From Ophelia neglecta (Eukaryota), in assembly GCA_965285935.1 (NCBI GenBank), contig OZ260667.1, forward strand, positions 21,886,001-21,950,000: a stretch of DNA of 64,000 bases, written 5' to 3'. This document shows, piece by piece, positions 1 to 12,901 of the stretch. The notes below the pieces were generated by a model, which saw nothing but the letters and a program-made list of their open reading frames with translations, ran no database searches and had not been told where the DNA came from. A program made the translations under genes and the position numbers. How positions within the stretch are numbered: the first letter of the stretch is position 1; each line of letters starts with the position of its first letter.

Positions 1-18
1 AGCTGACCTCAGGTCGTC

Positions 19-71
19 TACTTCTCCCAGTTAGTCGCAGACATAATGTCTGCGATTTACTGGGAGAAGTA
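19..71. repeat. Near-perfect 26-bp inverted repeat (hairpin), probably part of a MITE or other non-autonomous transposon
   Basis: The left arm TACTTCTCCCAGTTAGTCGCAGACAT (19-44) and the reverse complement of 46-71 (TACTTCTCCCAGTAAATCGCAGACAT) differ at 2 positions, with a 1-nt spacer. Confidence 0.85.
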
Positions 72-259
72 AAGAAGTAAAGAAACCTTTACTATTAAAT
101 ATACGGTACAGTGTCACCTTTTATTAGCACAGTGAACTAGCTGCAAAGTCATAGTAACACCAGTGCAACGTAAGAAATAAAAACTAATGGAGGCAACTTA
201 GTTTGTCGGTAAAACTTAATAAACACGAAAAGCAAAAAACACAGATTGGTGGTGCTTAC

Positions 260-710
260 CAAAATATATTTCTCACTACATGATGTGAAATCGAAACAAT
301 TTCAAAATCGAAAAAAGCCAATTTTAAATTCAAATTAATATCTACTCAAGGTGTGACCGTTCTGCACTGGTTAATTATGTTCCTTTGGAAAGCTAGTTGC
401 CATGTTCAGCAATTATTGCCAGCGAAATTACTAGCATTTTACGTCTCCTAACACGGTAACAAGTAAATCCGGCCTGCTGGCCTGAAGGTTGGTAGCCGAC
501 AATTCAATTGGCGTCTATTTTACTGGTTGCAATCGCCCATGGTATTATACCCATTCAGCTGTCAGCATGTGTCACGTGGGACGTGGCCTGGCCAGGCCCG
601 AGGACAGGAAATGGCAGCCCAGTACTGATTTGATAGAGAGGATTTGATTGGCTGGATTATATGTGTAACTCTTGAAAGCCAAAAATTGTCAAGGACAATC
701 ACGTCATCTG
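260..710 (-). promoter_or_regulatory. Candidate promoter and non-coding first exon on the minus strand
   Basis: Motifs are GTCACGTG (571-578), palindrome GGCCTGGCCAGGCC (585-598), minus-strand CCAAT (647-651) and TGACGTG (700-706). A minus-strand donor TTG|GTAAGC has its GT at 259-258. Confidence 0.3.
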
Positions 711-1199
711 AACAACAGGTATAGGCCTACATACAACCATAAATGGTATGATTATAGGTCCATACATAGAAAATTTCAAACCCTCAAACTATAGAGAATA
801 TCTCAAGCCAAAACCTACCCTCGAGGAGGAACAATCGGTCTTGGTGCAGATGCCCCTGCGGCAAAAACTGCTTTTCATTGTTTACACCATGATACTCAAC
901 ACTGCCGACAGGAAATGCCTCAATGAGCCTTTTTTTATTTGCAGCGTGATTCATGCCGAGAAAACAAGACTGCCTATTCCTGGTCGAATTACAATTTCTC
1001 CTATAGGAATCCCTGGTGGTTTTCCCTCTCACTTCACAGCAAAGAGAGCTAGCCGAAAATTACAAAATTACGACACCCAGCGGTGACAGTCGACAAAAGG
1101 CGCAATTCTGTCTCTTTTTCTGTCAGACGATGAGCCATTGTTCATCTACACGACCATATAATAAATGCAATTATATCTTCAGGGCCAGCACGTGTTGGC

Positions 1200-2290
1200 A
1201 AAATGATATAGCTGTAAGCTAAAGAGTTCCCAGTTATCAATGTTCAAAAAACAACGTTTTGATCTACGGCTGGAAACCATATATAAATGTCCCTGTCTTT
1301 TATTTTGGAAACAAGAAAGTTGAAGTTGTAACGACGTTCAATTATTCAGGAGTCTCAAACTTTCATAGGAAGGAGCAGGAAAAGCTTCATTTAGGAAAAG
1401 TGAGAAAATCACTTTGTCCCTTGAACAAAATCACTTTGTCCCCTTAACAATTACACGAACGAATTTAAATTCAAAATTAATGATAAATGTAAACTAATTA
1501 ATACCCAAATTGGTTCTATCATGAATTATGGGTCTAAAATACGTGGCTTTGAAAGGTTTCTCCTGATTTTTTTTTTTTTTGAAATCAACTTTCGGATTTA
1601 AAAAAGGACAGTGAATGAAATGTTGTACCATTAAAGCGGGAGAATATCTATGATTTATATGAAATATCTGTGAGTTCTGGTCACTATATAGCTTAATGTC
1701 TCATAGTTCGCGTGCAATGTTTTACAATCAGCTAATTGTTAACGACCTTACAACAAATGGGGTTAATTCTGTTCAGAATCCGTTATTTGTATTGGGATTT
1801 GAGAAAGTTTGCTTGAATAACGAGCCTACAGACATATGTTTTTCTAAAGCCATAGCGAGAGTATTTAGTATGCCCATGACAAATTGAATTAAAGAATTAT
1901 TAACAGCAGAAAGTGTATCGGCTAAAGCAGGGCTGATCTCGATGTAATGCCAGATTATTATATCTATGAAGTAGGCGAAACTAACTCCATACTTTTTTTT
2001 TCGTTTTTTTTCTGTCGTAACCATCACTTGCAGATAGAAGTTGGTAGTTGATCCAGACCTACAAACAGACCCGTCCGAAAGGCGGGTTTTTTTATTGCTT
2101 TTAAACAATAAAGGACAAGTAACAAGTAATTTCTAAATCCGTGTGAATTGTAATGTGTACATATAATGCTATTAAGGTCATATTATTAGGATGATCTACA
2201 AGTACTCTTATTCTTTTATTGTTGGTGATGTGTAGTCCGAATCATACTTGAATTGTTAACACTTTTCCTAAATAAAAGTACTCAATCACA
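1200..2290 (+). mobile_element. Decayed 3' portion of a non-LTR retrotransposon (RTE-X/L2-like ORF2 C-terminus)
   Basis: Disrupted translations FYFGNKKVEVVTTFNYSGV (like LEVVxxFxYLGV), MNYGSKIRGF (like YGxEIWG) and VNSVQNPLFVLGFEKVCLN (like VxxLLxxxGFxxVW) occur in the expected order. AATAAA lies near 2270. There are many stops and frameshifts. Confidence 0.65.
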
Positions 2291-2318
2291 GAATCCTTTA
2301 TGTTTTTATCTTCCTGTA

Positions 2319-2349
<31 letters not shown>
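2319..2349. repeat. (AC)n(AT)n compound microsatellite
   Basis: acacacac is followed by an (at)n run. Confidence 0.9.
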
Positions 2350-2479
2350 CCCTTTGCTTATTTCAGATACCTGAAGCTTCACCCTTTAGTAGGCTTAAAT
2401 GACCTTTAGTTATTTTCTGTTCCCTGGTTGTTTTGTGTGTGTCCGTCAATATATGCATATCAATAAGACAGCTTGTACC

Positions 2480-3560
2480 ATATTTAACCTATATCCTTAT
2501 TTAGGGATTGTTATATTATCATGCTTAAAAATTATTATACATATGTTAAAACTATGTAGAACTATATATACTGCCTTCCAGTTAATTGGATTTTTCCCTC
2601 AAAGAATTCTCGAATGAGGCAACAATCAAAAGACCATCATCTTTTACAAGATACTTGTCCATTTACAGCAATCGATATCATGAGCTTCATCAAATGATTT
2701 ATAAAACCCTACACAATCATTCAAAATTGTTTTACTGTCCTATGCAATTCCGCTAGCTAGTAGTGTCATTTTTCAAATTGCATTTTCTGATTGTGTCTTT
2801 GTCTACAGATTCCAGGAAAAGTTAGTAGATTATCTCCTTTAATAGCCCTCACCAATTTGCTTTCGATCTTACTGAAGCACCTTTGAATATTGTCTCGCAT
2901 GCCTTATTCTATCAGTGTTGGTACAGAATTGTATTCTTATTTAATAAATGAATCTTGATTATTACCTCTATTCCTTATTGTGTGAACATCTTCAAGTTCC
3001 TTTTGTAGCCATACTCCTGATCGTTTTATTTTGAAATATATTTCTAAAATGTCTTATTTGTGTCTCTATAATCGGACAATTAATCAATTTTCGTAGCTTG
3101 TGTTTGTCAATAAACTGCTGGTATCTTACTGTATCTTCCACTACCTCCTTTTTTTCTTTGATTATTCTCATTCTCATTAAGATTTTTTTGCAATAAATTT
3201 CTTATCCCCATGCCCAAAACACAAATAACTTTAGTCATCAATTGCAAGAATTCCTATACCAAAGTACAGTTGGAGAAGACAAGGTTGAAATGTATGCCGG
3301 TATTTGTAGACTTGGATCTAAAGCGGGTTGTTTTTTAATGTTGTTCACTAAAAGAAACAGTTTTCGCCATGATTAGGTTCCTTTTTCATTACAACTGAAG
3401 ATACAACTGTTATAAGGTGTTCTGTAACTCTATGAATTAATTGATTGTATTGGCCCAATATTTGATATTTTTCTCTATACATTTGTAGGACACATTTGAT
3501 ACTCAGGTTTCGATGAGACAAACTTGATACAAATAATTTTAGTTGATCATAATTCCGAAT
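2480..3560 (-). mobile_element. Highly decayed LINE ORF2 C-terminal remnant
   Basis: Minus-strand fragments IEKNIKY, FGIGIL (like YGLEIL), PIIETQIRHFRNIF and VIIKIHLLN (like AIIKAKLL) follow the order seen in invertebrate RTE-X-like LINEs. The sequence is heavily interrupted. Confidence 0.4.
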
Positions 3561-6500
3561 GTTTTAAAGGCGTATGTTTCACTTAATAATCACGATGATA
3601 TTTAAAATAGAATTAAAATATACTTAACACGAAGAATACAGTATAAACTATAAACTGAAAATGGAACGGCGTCTCTTAAAGACTAGTGACATATTCACAT
3701 TTTATTTTCAATGTAATATTCTGCCATTTTTGTTTTATGTTTAAAATTGTGTTGATTACAGCTTGGGGCCATTACCGTTCTGATCCCTCGGTTTAAATTT
3801 ATGTCATGGTTTAGTTTTTGGTACATGATATAATTTATTTATATTTCCATTTACTCATATGTACTGACAAACGTTGAAAGTACGGTAGTGAATACAATTC
3901 TTCGGTATAATTGAAATGTGGTTCTTGATCAAATGTTGAATAATTTTCAATGTAGAGGGCCATGAATTAAGACATATCAGGCGAGACATAAAGCCGTAGG
4001 CTACTTGTCAAAGTACTTTTCATTGAAGTTTAAATGTTTAGTGCTAGTTGTCGGTCGACGACCTGCTTGTAATCGTAATGATGTTATATGCTTCAGCACA
4101 TCTTTATCTCTACGCGGTGTTATACAAGAAATTCGACATCTTATTCGGCTGCGCATTGAGATACACTCTCCATACGGTCTCAAATCCAGGACTAGTAGTC
4201 TCCATATTTCCAGAGTAGGCGTTTTGCCCACTCATCTCAAGAGCTGTTCTCGTTGGTCTCGTAAAATGTTCTTTTACAAGATAAAGGACAAGAAATCATT
4301 CAGAAAGGGTACGGCACATAGAAATGTTCCGGATTCTCACAAAAGCCCGAACAATCCGCGCCGAATTAGATTCTTCCAATGTAATCTGATTTGTATTGTG
4401 GAAAGGGAAGGCGGTGCAGGTTGTTGGGGACCTTTCCAACGATAAAATGTCATGACTTGATAGAACGAGAGCATCTTCAGCCAATTTAGTGACATCCGTA
4501 AAGACAAGATAGCACGTAAAAAGTGATAGCTAGGAAGATGTTTTTATTAGCGATTGAGACATTACTCCAGAACACACTGTATCAATGTCTCCGGAACTAT
4601 TTGATGGTATTTTTCTTCTTTGCAGAGGATGTATACAATCGATCAATTGACACATCTGCAAGACAGTTGGCTCATCTTTGGCTGGCCCAACTCTCCATAA
4701 ACAGGATGTAGTACATTACACTGACGGATGAACCGTGGAAGTAACCATTAAGTGGGCATCTGACCAATTTCCGGTCTGGTGCTCCACAGTTATTACCTCA
4801 GTATGGCATTTTACCCACATTTACGAGAATATATAGCCCTAGTTTCGTATTTGTATCACAGCCTCGTCCGGGGTGGGATAATCATTGGCAGGGCAGCCGA
4901 GCGCATATAGAAGAGACCAGGGTTGCACTGGGCTTCAGTTCACTGACATGTAGTCTTTTTGGCCTAGTATAGGTGACTTTCATTGCCAGCCATTTGTTTT
5001 CACAAAACCGAATAAAAACTTCGCCATGAGCTTATTGCGTAAAAATATCTGTGCAAGCCGCGCCATTCCGGGATAACGGATGACAGATATGCCGGAAATA
5101 AAGCGGCACATCAGTGCAGATTTTGGCACTGCTACAGAATACATACATAATACGTAAACGGAACATGTATTATGACATTCAAGCAATGGTATATTTTCAG
5201 TCGTGCCATTGCAACGTTTCCGTTGGAATTCAGTATATTATAATAATTGCATGAAAGATATTTATCAAATAACGATTGCAAATCTAACAATCTGACACTA
5301 TTGACTTTTGTTCACTTACAATATATTCTTGCAAGCATCCAAATAAATCAATCAAGCAGATGTCAAGGACATACATGTAGCAGGGTAAACGTTATCGGCA
5401 TAAAATGCGAACTACATATAGAGTCACTTTCTTGTAGCCAAGGGCTTCGACTTAAATTAAATGCATAGCATTCGATATGCAGCTGATGTGATGGAGACGT
5501 ACCGGGTCTGAACATGAACTCTTCAGCAATACTCGGAGGAGAGCAAATTATGCCTCCCGGAAGTCATCGTCATTGGAAGCCTATCGGTGTCTCAAGAGGC
5601 CAGCGACCAGAATTGTCCACCAATAGGGCGGCGACCTTTGCCCATGGAGTTTGATAACACGGTACAAATCCATAGAGAATTAGTTATCAATAGAACCGTG
5701 AAATGAAGAAGATTCAGCTAGGGAAAACGCAGAAGATAGGCACTTTCATTTGCTTAACTTTTATCATATTATTGGACAGTGTACTGAACGCCATTGGTAA
5801 CGTCCGGTGGGGTGGTCCAGCCGGCTATGAGAGGGCAGCACACAGTAACTACAAGGCCCGTTTTTCCTTTTAATTTTTCTTTAAAGAAGTGGACTGCATG
5901 TCTGGACGGTCTGCTTCCTACTTAGAAGATACTCTTCCACATCATATATTCAAAGTTACTAGCGATCTGACCAAAATATATTTTGCCATGCCAAGGTATT
6001 GATTTTTGTACGTCTTTCGGATTTCAGTGATATAAGGCAAATTACATTTTCGATATATTTGTTCGCAAGGATGGTTATTATTGTTATTATATTCGAGTAG
6101 AGTATTAGTTTACTACTTCCAAATTATGAAATGTATAAGCCTTAAATACATTAGTGAAACCGTTGGAAACATAAGTCTATTCGAAATGCAAATAAACATT
6201 AAAGTAAACATTTTTTAGGGCTCAAAAGATGTATCTAATTTCTTCAGCGTTTTCATTAAATCTACATTGGTCTGATAATCAGTTTAGGATTTTTTACAGA
6301 GAATCAACATTGCACCTTAAAGAGTATCTTATTAATAACACATTTCACCATATTTACTCGCCACCGTTGCCCATCATGTGTCATATTTTAGTCGCATTAA
6401 GCGCAGCAGACGGGATTAACTAAACGAACACCCAATATTTGATCACGAGATAAGTACTATATCTTGGCCTAAAGAGATATTCTCTCCAATGGAAAAAGGT

Positions 6501-9229
6501 GCCCTGAGTTGGAACTTCTGATGACAGCCTGATGATTTATATGTATACAGAGTACCGACATAATAGGGACAAGATACTCGTAAATATTGCACTTGTATCA
6601 TGTACATACACTAAACATTAACGGTACTGGTTAGGCATTAAGCATGGGCCACAAGCCAATACACACGCACTTAGTGGAAGAAGGCAAGGTTGTGTCAGCA
6701 GTTCACCCTCCAACCTGTGCTGAGCAGAAAGAGCAATAAAGATAACCGACCATGTCCAGTGGAGTCAGGTCTACTGGTTAGCATGTTTTTCTTGAGCCAT
6801 GGGCTCAATATATCAGTACGGACCATTTAACCGATGTACAAGTTTATGTGCCTGGTTTAAATCCTCTCTCTGATAAATCGGGCGAAAATAAACACCATAG
6901 TGTCAGTCTTAGAGATCCTCCCCTGGAGATCCTCTCACAGGCAGGTTTGTCGGCATGGGTGGCTCCATGCATTGGTCACTCAATGGACGGTTGGCTGCTA
7001 CGGTTTACACCCTCAATTAGTAGACAGCTGATAACAAACCTTCGCAGCCTAAGCTCATTGTGATATGGCAACCATGTCAACAACTTAGTTTAAATCATTG
7101 GCCATCGAAGTTGCTATGTATTAATATATCCGGACCCACCTCCAGGCGTGACCTCGATTGTACGAAGCCGGCCTTTGCCTTGCTCGTTCGAATCATATCC
7201 GATGTAAAAAATCCATTCTCACAGGGATTTGAGTGACTTCCGGTGGCTGGACTCATATTTTCATCCAGGTTTTGACAAAACAATATGTTCTGAATATTAA
7301 TCCGGGCGACATGACATTATTGTCGGATTTATTCGTTCATCAAAAGTATCGTACGCATAGCCTAGTGGGTATTCATTGCTCATCCGGTGTTCTTGTAACA
7401 AATAACATAAGACCAGAAAGACACGAGTCAGGTAATCGAAGCACATCTTCAATCATCGAAAAATAATAAGAGGAACCAAGCCGCTGACAGTTTATGACGG
7501 TTGGATCACCGCTATTTGGCTATCTAAGATTTACTGACCCACTCAAAGCATTCACCCATTAACATTGAGTCCTTACAAAAAGGAAAGAACCAAACCCCAG
7601 CCCGAATATCCGGCTAGATTTCTAGTTTACACGGCATAAAAATACTCGTAATTTATCATCTAGGTAGCTTCATTAAACAGAATAATTCCTATTGTACTAA
7701 AGACGTGATTGTGTAAACGTTAAAAGCTGTTGATCGCTTCCGGTTGCAAGGGCTCCTGGGCGAATTTCGCAATTCAAATCATGTCTAATAATACGAAAGG
7801 CCGGGATTCCCTGTTGAAACGCATTCGGTTAAGTGCGTCGCGCGACTTTTGCAGGTCAAACAGGAAATACGAAAGGCCGAGGTTCCCTAAAACAAAATGG
7901 CGAGACCATTTTTTATAGTAGCGAGATTATATAGTATAGTTTATTTAGTCAATGACAGCGAAATAGAACAGTATAACAAATTCTATACAAAGTTACTGAT
8001 CTATTATGCATCGGTCACATGAAGCTCCCGGGAAGGTCGGTCGAAACCAAGCTGCACATGCATATTTTTGGACACACGATTGTGAATTAGAGGCATGCAG
8101 AATTTAAGAATGGAATTATGACCAAAATCATGGTACGATAGCAAACCAGTACCAGACACATGTCTGATATGTGAAAAAAAGAACTCTTCTCAATAAACTA
8201 ATGTGTCAAACAATATAGTTCAAACGAAAATATTCCGAAGACAAACGCAACATTATAAAGGGGCATACAACCGGACAATGTCGATATGACGTATCGCCTG
8301 GGGAGCTGTTATAAGACGAAGTCAGCCATTACAAGCGACATTTTTGCTGCTTTCTGACTGCGAACTTGATGGGCGACCTCCTAAAATTCTCCGTTAAGCA
8401 ATAGGTAAGTAACTACATAGCAACGTAAGAATTTCCTTAGACTAGGAAGGTACGTCAGAGCTCTGTAGGCTACAATATGATCGATACATTTTTGGGGGAT
8501 GAACGGGTTGCCTAACCATATAGCAACGAATTCGGCCTTGAAGAATTCCTTTCAGCCAGACTTCTCAAGGGAATTGCTATCTGAATTCGCTACCAGACTG
8601 CGAACCAGGCCAGGATATAATTCGAATTCAACCCCGGCTGTCTACTGCTTCTGGGATCTCGCACGCAACAAGCCCCCGTGAGAGTTGGACAGGATATGAA
8701 CGTGATGTGGTAAGTGGTGGCCGAGCTATTGTCTACTAAACACAGATAGTCTGATAACCCTTGATTGATTCCGAGGAGGTGGTTCACTTACATCAAATGT
8801 CGCTTATCAAGTAATCTGTGCAATCTCCCGAGACAAAAATCAAACCTTTCAGGAGTCGGGAACCACTCTGCGGCCTTCCTTTTTTTTTTGAATCAAGCGG
8901 CTTATTTCAGTGTCACTTAGTAATATATTATACACCTATGAATAGTGTTCTTGTCCCTAGGCTTAAAGAAGACACAACGTGGCCTCTCAATGTATCTTTT
9001 GAACTTATCCACAGTGATATTGGCTGGTTATTTGTTTTAAAGCCATTGATGCAATACTCAATTCCTTCGCAAGGCTATTATATAAAGTAAACTATTAAGG
9101 GGGCAAATTGTTGTCAACGACCTGATGATAATGCCGTCCGAAATTTATAAACTAAAGGTTTAATCTTTAATTCAAACACAACTTGTATTCAAAGCATGTC
9201 TTGAGCAAATCATGTGCTATTACATTGCC

Positions 9230-9633
9230 TCCTAACTATGATACGACAACCGATAGACAATGGCGTAGAATTGGTGTTTCTGTGACCTTGGTGTATTTGA
9301 GATAACATGTATGAATTTTAGCCAATCCCCACGACAGACCGACTATCTTGTGGCAAATCAGCCACTGTGGCAAGAGGGATATTGGTTGAATATGGCAGTC
9401 GGCCTGTCCGCAATAGCTGTCCCAAAGTCAGTGAACATAACATTGGCTTCGAGTAGAATCGTCTCTTAACATGTGTCAGAAGCCAGTTAGTCTATTTCTG
9501 AATGCTGGACGATAAAATATATGTTGTTTAACACAAATAACACATTTTAATGCTCCTAAGAAAGGGTACACCAGAGTGCATAATCCAACGAGTATTAGGT
9601 GAAAACTATCGTTTTGTGGGGAAAGGAATTCAT
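9230..9633 (-). pseudogene. Decayed small secreted Cys-containing protein gene, copy 1 (Ly6/three-finger-like start)
   Basis: ATG is at 9633. With frameshifts and stops it reads MNSFPHKTIVF/HLILVGLCTLVYPFLGA-LKCVICV...MFTDFGTAIADRPTAIFN...LPQWLICHKI...KVTETPILRHCLS. It aligns to copy 2 with synonymous changes. Confidence 0.45.
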
Positions 9634-10259
9634 TTACTTCTAACAAATGGCAGAAGATAGCAAATGGACTGATTTAACATCGTGGAGTCATTTTTATTTA
9701 GATCTGGTTGAGCTGAGAAGTAAAAATATTGATACCATATTGCTAACTATCATGTACAGTGTAGGCAAGATTTGAATTTCATCAAACGCCAAGTCAAGTG
9801 CCAGCAGCCAATGAAACGCTCGCTACTCTATAAGTACGAGACTGCTGCCTGCTTGATACTTGCTGCGGGTTTGTGGTAGTATTCTGCGCGTCTCACGTGG
9901 CCGATTGAGGTCAACTTTCACCGATATTGTCGTTGTATTGTGCATTGGTCTCTTGCCTTTTGGCATGGTGATTGAGTCTCAAATCTTCAATCACTTCATT
10001 TCCTCTCAAGCCGACGAATGCCTTACTAATGGGATTCCTACGTTCTTCTTTTTTTGAAGACTAAATTATTTTCTCTTTGCCAGTCTAACTAGCAGATCCT
10101 TAAAGGACGACAACGTTTCCATATCTTCATCGGACGCTAGTACCATAAATATGCAAAAACAAGCGGAAAAATAAGTGTTGGGCATCTACCATGCGCAAAT
10201 CAATTAATTATTGAAATAACAACTACAACTCTGCTCAACCCTCGAATCATGGGTGTCTC

Positions 10260-10719
10260 TGAGCAGTGGTATTACAAGCCGACAAACAGATGATCAGTGT
10301 TGCAGTTTCCTTGAACTTTGTATTTGAGATTATTTAGTCTTATGATTTTATCTATACCTTATGATAGTCTATTTCGTGACAAATCAGCCATTACGGCAAC
10401 CCTTGTTTGTTAAATTGTATGGTCGCCTTGTCAGTAATGACCGTATCAAAGTCAGTGAACATAGCACCCAGTTCCAGTTTTTTTACGGGAGGCGGCTCAG
10501 ATCCTGTTTCTTACATCAGTGAGGTGGAATAGTTAACTGATTTATTCCTTGTTTTTCACTTTAACTGGGTCTGGAAACCCGAAAGCCTAATGGTGGATGG
10601 TAAAGTATGTTGCACATAAACACAATTAACGCATTTCAAAGCTTTGCATGCGAAAGTTCCGGGAGAGTATATAATGCAACGACGTCAAGTCTTTCTCTTT
10701 GTGTTGATGTAGATATCAT
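10260..10719 (-). pseudogene. Decayed small secreted Cys-containing protein gene, copy 2
   Basis: ATG is at 10719. It reads MISTSTQRERLDVVALYTLPELSHA/ALKCVNCV...MFTDFDTVITDKATIQFN...LP*WLICHEI...KFKETATLIICLSACN. It shares blocks such as CAAAGTCAGTGAACATA and TGTATTTGAGAT (plus strand) with copy 1. Confidence 0.45.
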
Positions 10720-12880
10720 TTACTAATGCAACTGAATGGAACGGATTACATGACTTCATTTAGAGGCAGTCGTGGAGTTAGTTTGATTTAACGCCATCCT
10801 AGCGCAGTAGTAGCAAATTTGATACAACATTTAGCCACGTGTCTAACATAGGTCATGCTGGGGAGAAGGAAGTGAAAAACCTTTACACCAGTGTTGTGAG
10901 GCTGTTTAAGTCAGTACCAAATGATTCAATTATATGAGCTGAGGCCTTCTTTTGCAGTTTATGGCTGTCATACTAAGTGGTGATAATTGGTAAATTGCTA
11001 TTTGAATAGGAATTTTGCCTATATTGTTGGATGACATATATCGTTACAGGTATACCGGATCAAATTTTTTTCTGGCGGACTATGTAATTGGTTTCCATTT
11101 TCTATAATTCGGGGGAGTAGGGAAGCATTTTAAGGAAACCAATTTTAACTTCTCTAAAGGAGTGGGCTGCAGTCATGTTAAGACCAGTAAAGTTATATAT
11201 ATTTATATAAATATGGTTTAATATGGTGTTATGGCTTTCGATGGAAACAAACAAATTAATGTTCTGATAAACGAGGTAAATAAGCATAGCACGCATACTG
11301 TTTATTTTCATCCAAAATAAGGAGTGCCGGAAGTAATACAAGAAAATCAAATCTAGTAATATGCTAGTCGGCCAATAAAACGCGCGCTGCTATTTTAGTG
11401 CAGGACTGCTGCTTCTAAAGAAGATACTTGCTGCGGGACAGTGATTGCCCAAAATTGCGTGTATACTGTGGTCTGTCCTGTCTAAAATTAACCGATATCG
11501 TCTTAGTATTTGACACTTGATTTTATTTGTGTTGGCTGTGCCCATAAATCTGGAGTTCTTAATAGTTTCCAGTCTTCTGTTTTCAATTCGACACACGACT
11601 GTCTAGCGGATTCAGTTTTTCCATGCGTTCATATATCACTGCGGTAATTATTCACATTTTACCAACCTGACTAGCAGGTAATAAAAGTATGACAGAATTA
11701 TTATCTCTTCGGGCGGAAGCTATTCTCAAGTGGCTAAAAGAGGGAACTTAAGTGAGGAGCCGCCGCCATGCCCTACCCTATTAGCAGGGCGACATGAAAC
11801 ACTACCAACTTCGAAATGTGAGCAGCGGCGGAAGTAATGGATCCCTGTTAGCAGGGTACCATTTTGTTCCAAAGCCACCAGCTATTTCTTAATCTTACTA
11901 TGATAACCAAAATAAAGCAAGAAACCATCTACTATTGGCGAGGTATATTACGTCACAGTAGTTAGATGGGGCAATAAGGTATTTTAGACCAAACGACTTA
12001 TTGTAAGGAATTGATGTTGTTTTATTACAATCAACTACAGTGTTAATCAACATACACTACTGCAGAGTAATAATATCATTATCGATACTTGATACACACA
12101 AAAAACTGATAAATGTATTGTTTAGGGTAAGATTAAACATTTTGGGCGTATCGTTTCTTCATAGTTACACAGAGGAACCAATACAAATAAAAGACGGTAC
12201 AAGGCCTGCTCCTAAAGTCACGTGTACCACTGTACTATTTTCATCGCTCATTTGTTTACGCCTGAGTATGAGTGCGCCGGATCTTGTTAGTACAATTGGC
12301 CACTATTTGTACTTATCCAGGAAATGCAGAGTAGTTGGTCTGCCTGAAGTTGTCAAATGCACCCGGGGGTAAGGCCACGAGATAAGAAGCTAATAAATCA
12401 TCTTGTCAAATAGTTAATCTTCCGTAACCGATTCTAGACACTTGCTGCGCGCACCACTTGCGTCGAGTTACTGGGATCTCGGCAGAGTACGGCGCGCTCA
12501 GCATGACGTGCTGGGAGGGAAGCACATTAGATGGTCATCGGCCAGAGCTTTAGTCCGAGATAAATGCCAAAAAAATTACAGCTGGTCTACTATGAAGTAG
12601 CCTAGTAATTTGTGTTGAAGGAAACCTTGACAGGAATTCCATGAATGATGGCTTGAAGGTGTCACCTTGACCAACTGTTGAATAAAGCTTTAAACGCCTG
12701 GAGTTTCTGGGTCTCATAACATGTGTTCAGGTTGTTTATTCTAGAAAGGACGAAAAAGCAGGAGGACTTATCTTTTCATTGCTTTTAACGTGTGTAATAA
12801 TATTTCCCTATCTTTGCAACATGAATTTATTCATAAAACCATTTACAGGCAACCCTTATCTTCAAATATACTACTGCGGC

Positions 12881-12901
12881 GGGGGGGGGGGGGGGGGGGG
12901 G
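12881..12901 (+). repeat. Poly-G run (~21 nt)
   Basis: Directly visible. Shorter G or C runs occur near 40526, 55060 and 60438. Confidence 0.9.

Noticed and set aside
6560-6610. TATTGCACTTGT match to the miR-92 5' end
   Set aside because: The match ends after 12 nt and there is no complementary precursor arm.
9115-9165. Hammerhead-like CTGATGA...GAAA
   Set aside because: Stems II and III do not pair properly. Other CTGANGA hits also lack the core geometry.
9230-9560. In-frame TGA codons in pseudogene copy 1 read as selenocysteine
   Set aside because: Copy 2 has TAA and further stops in that frame, the substitution pattern favours a different frame in that segment, and I recognised no SECIS.
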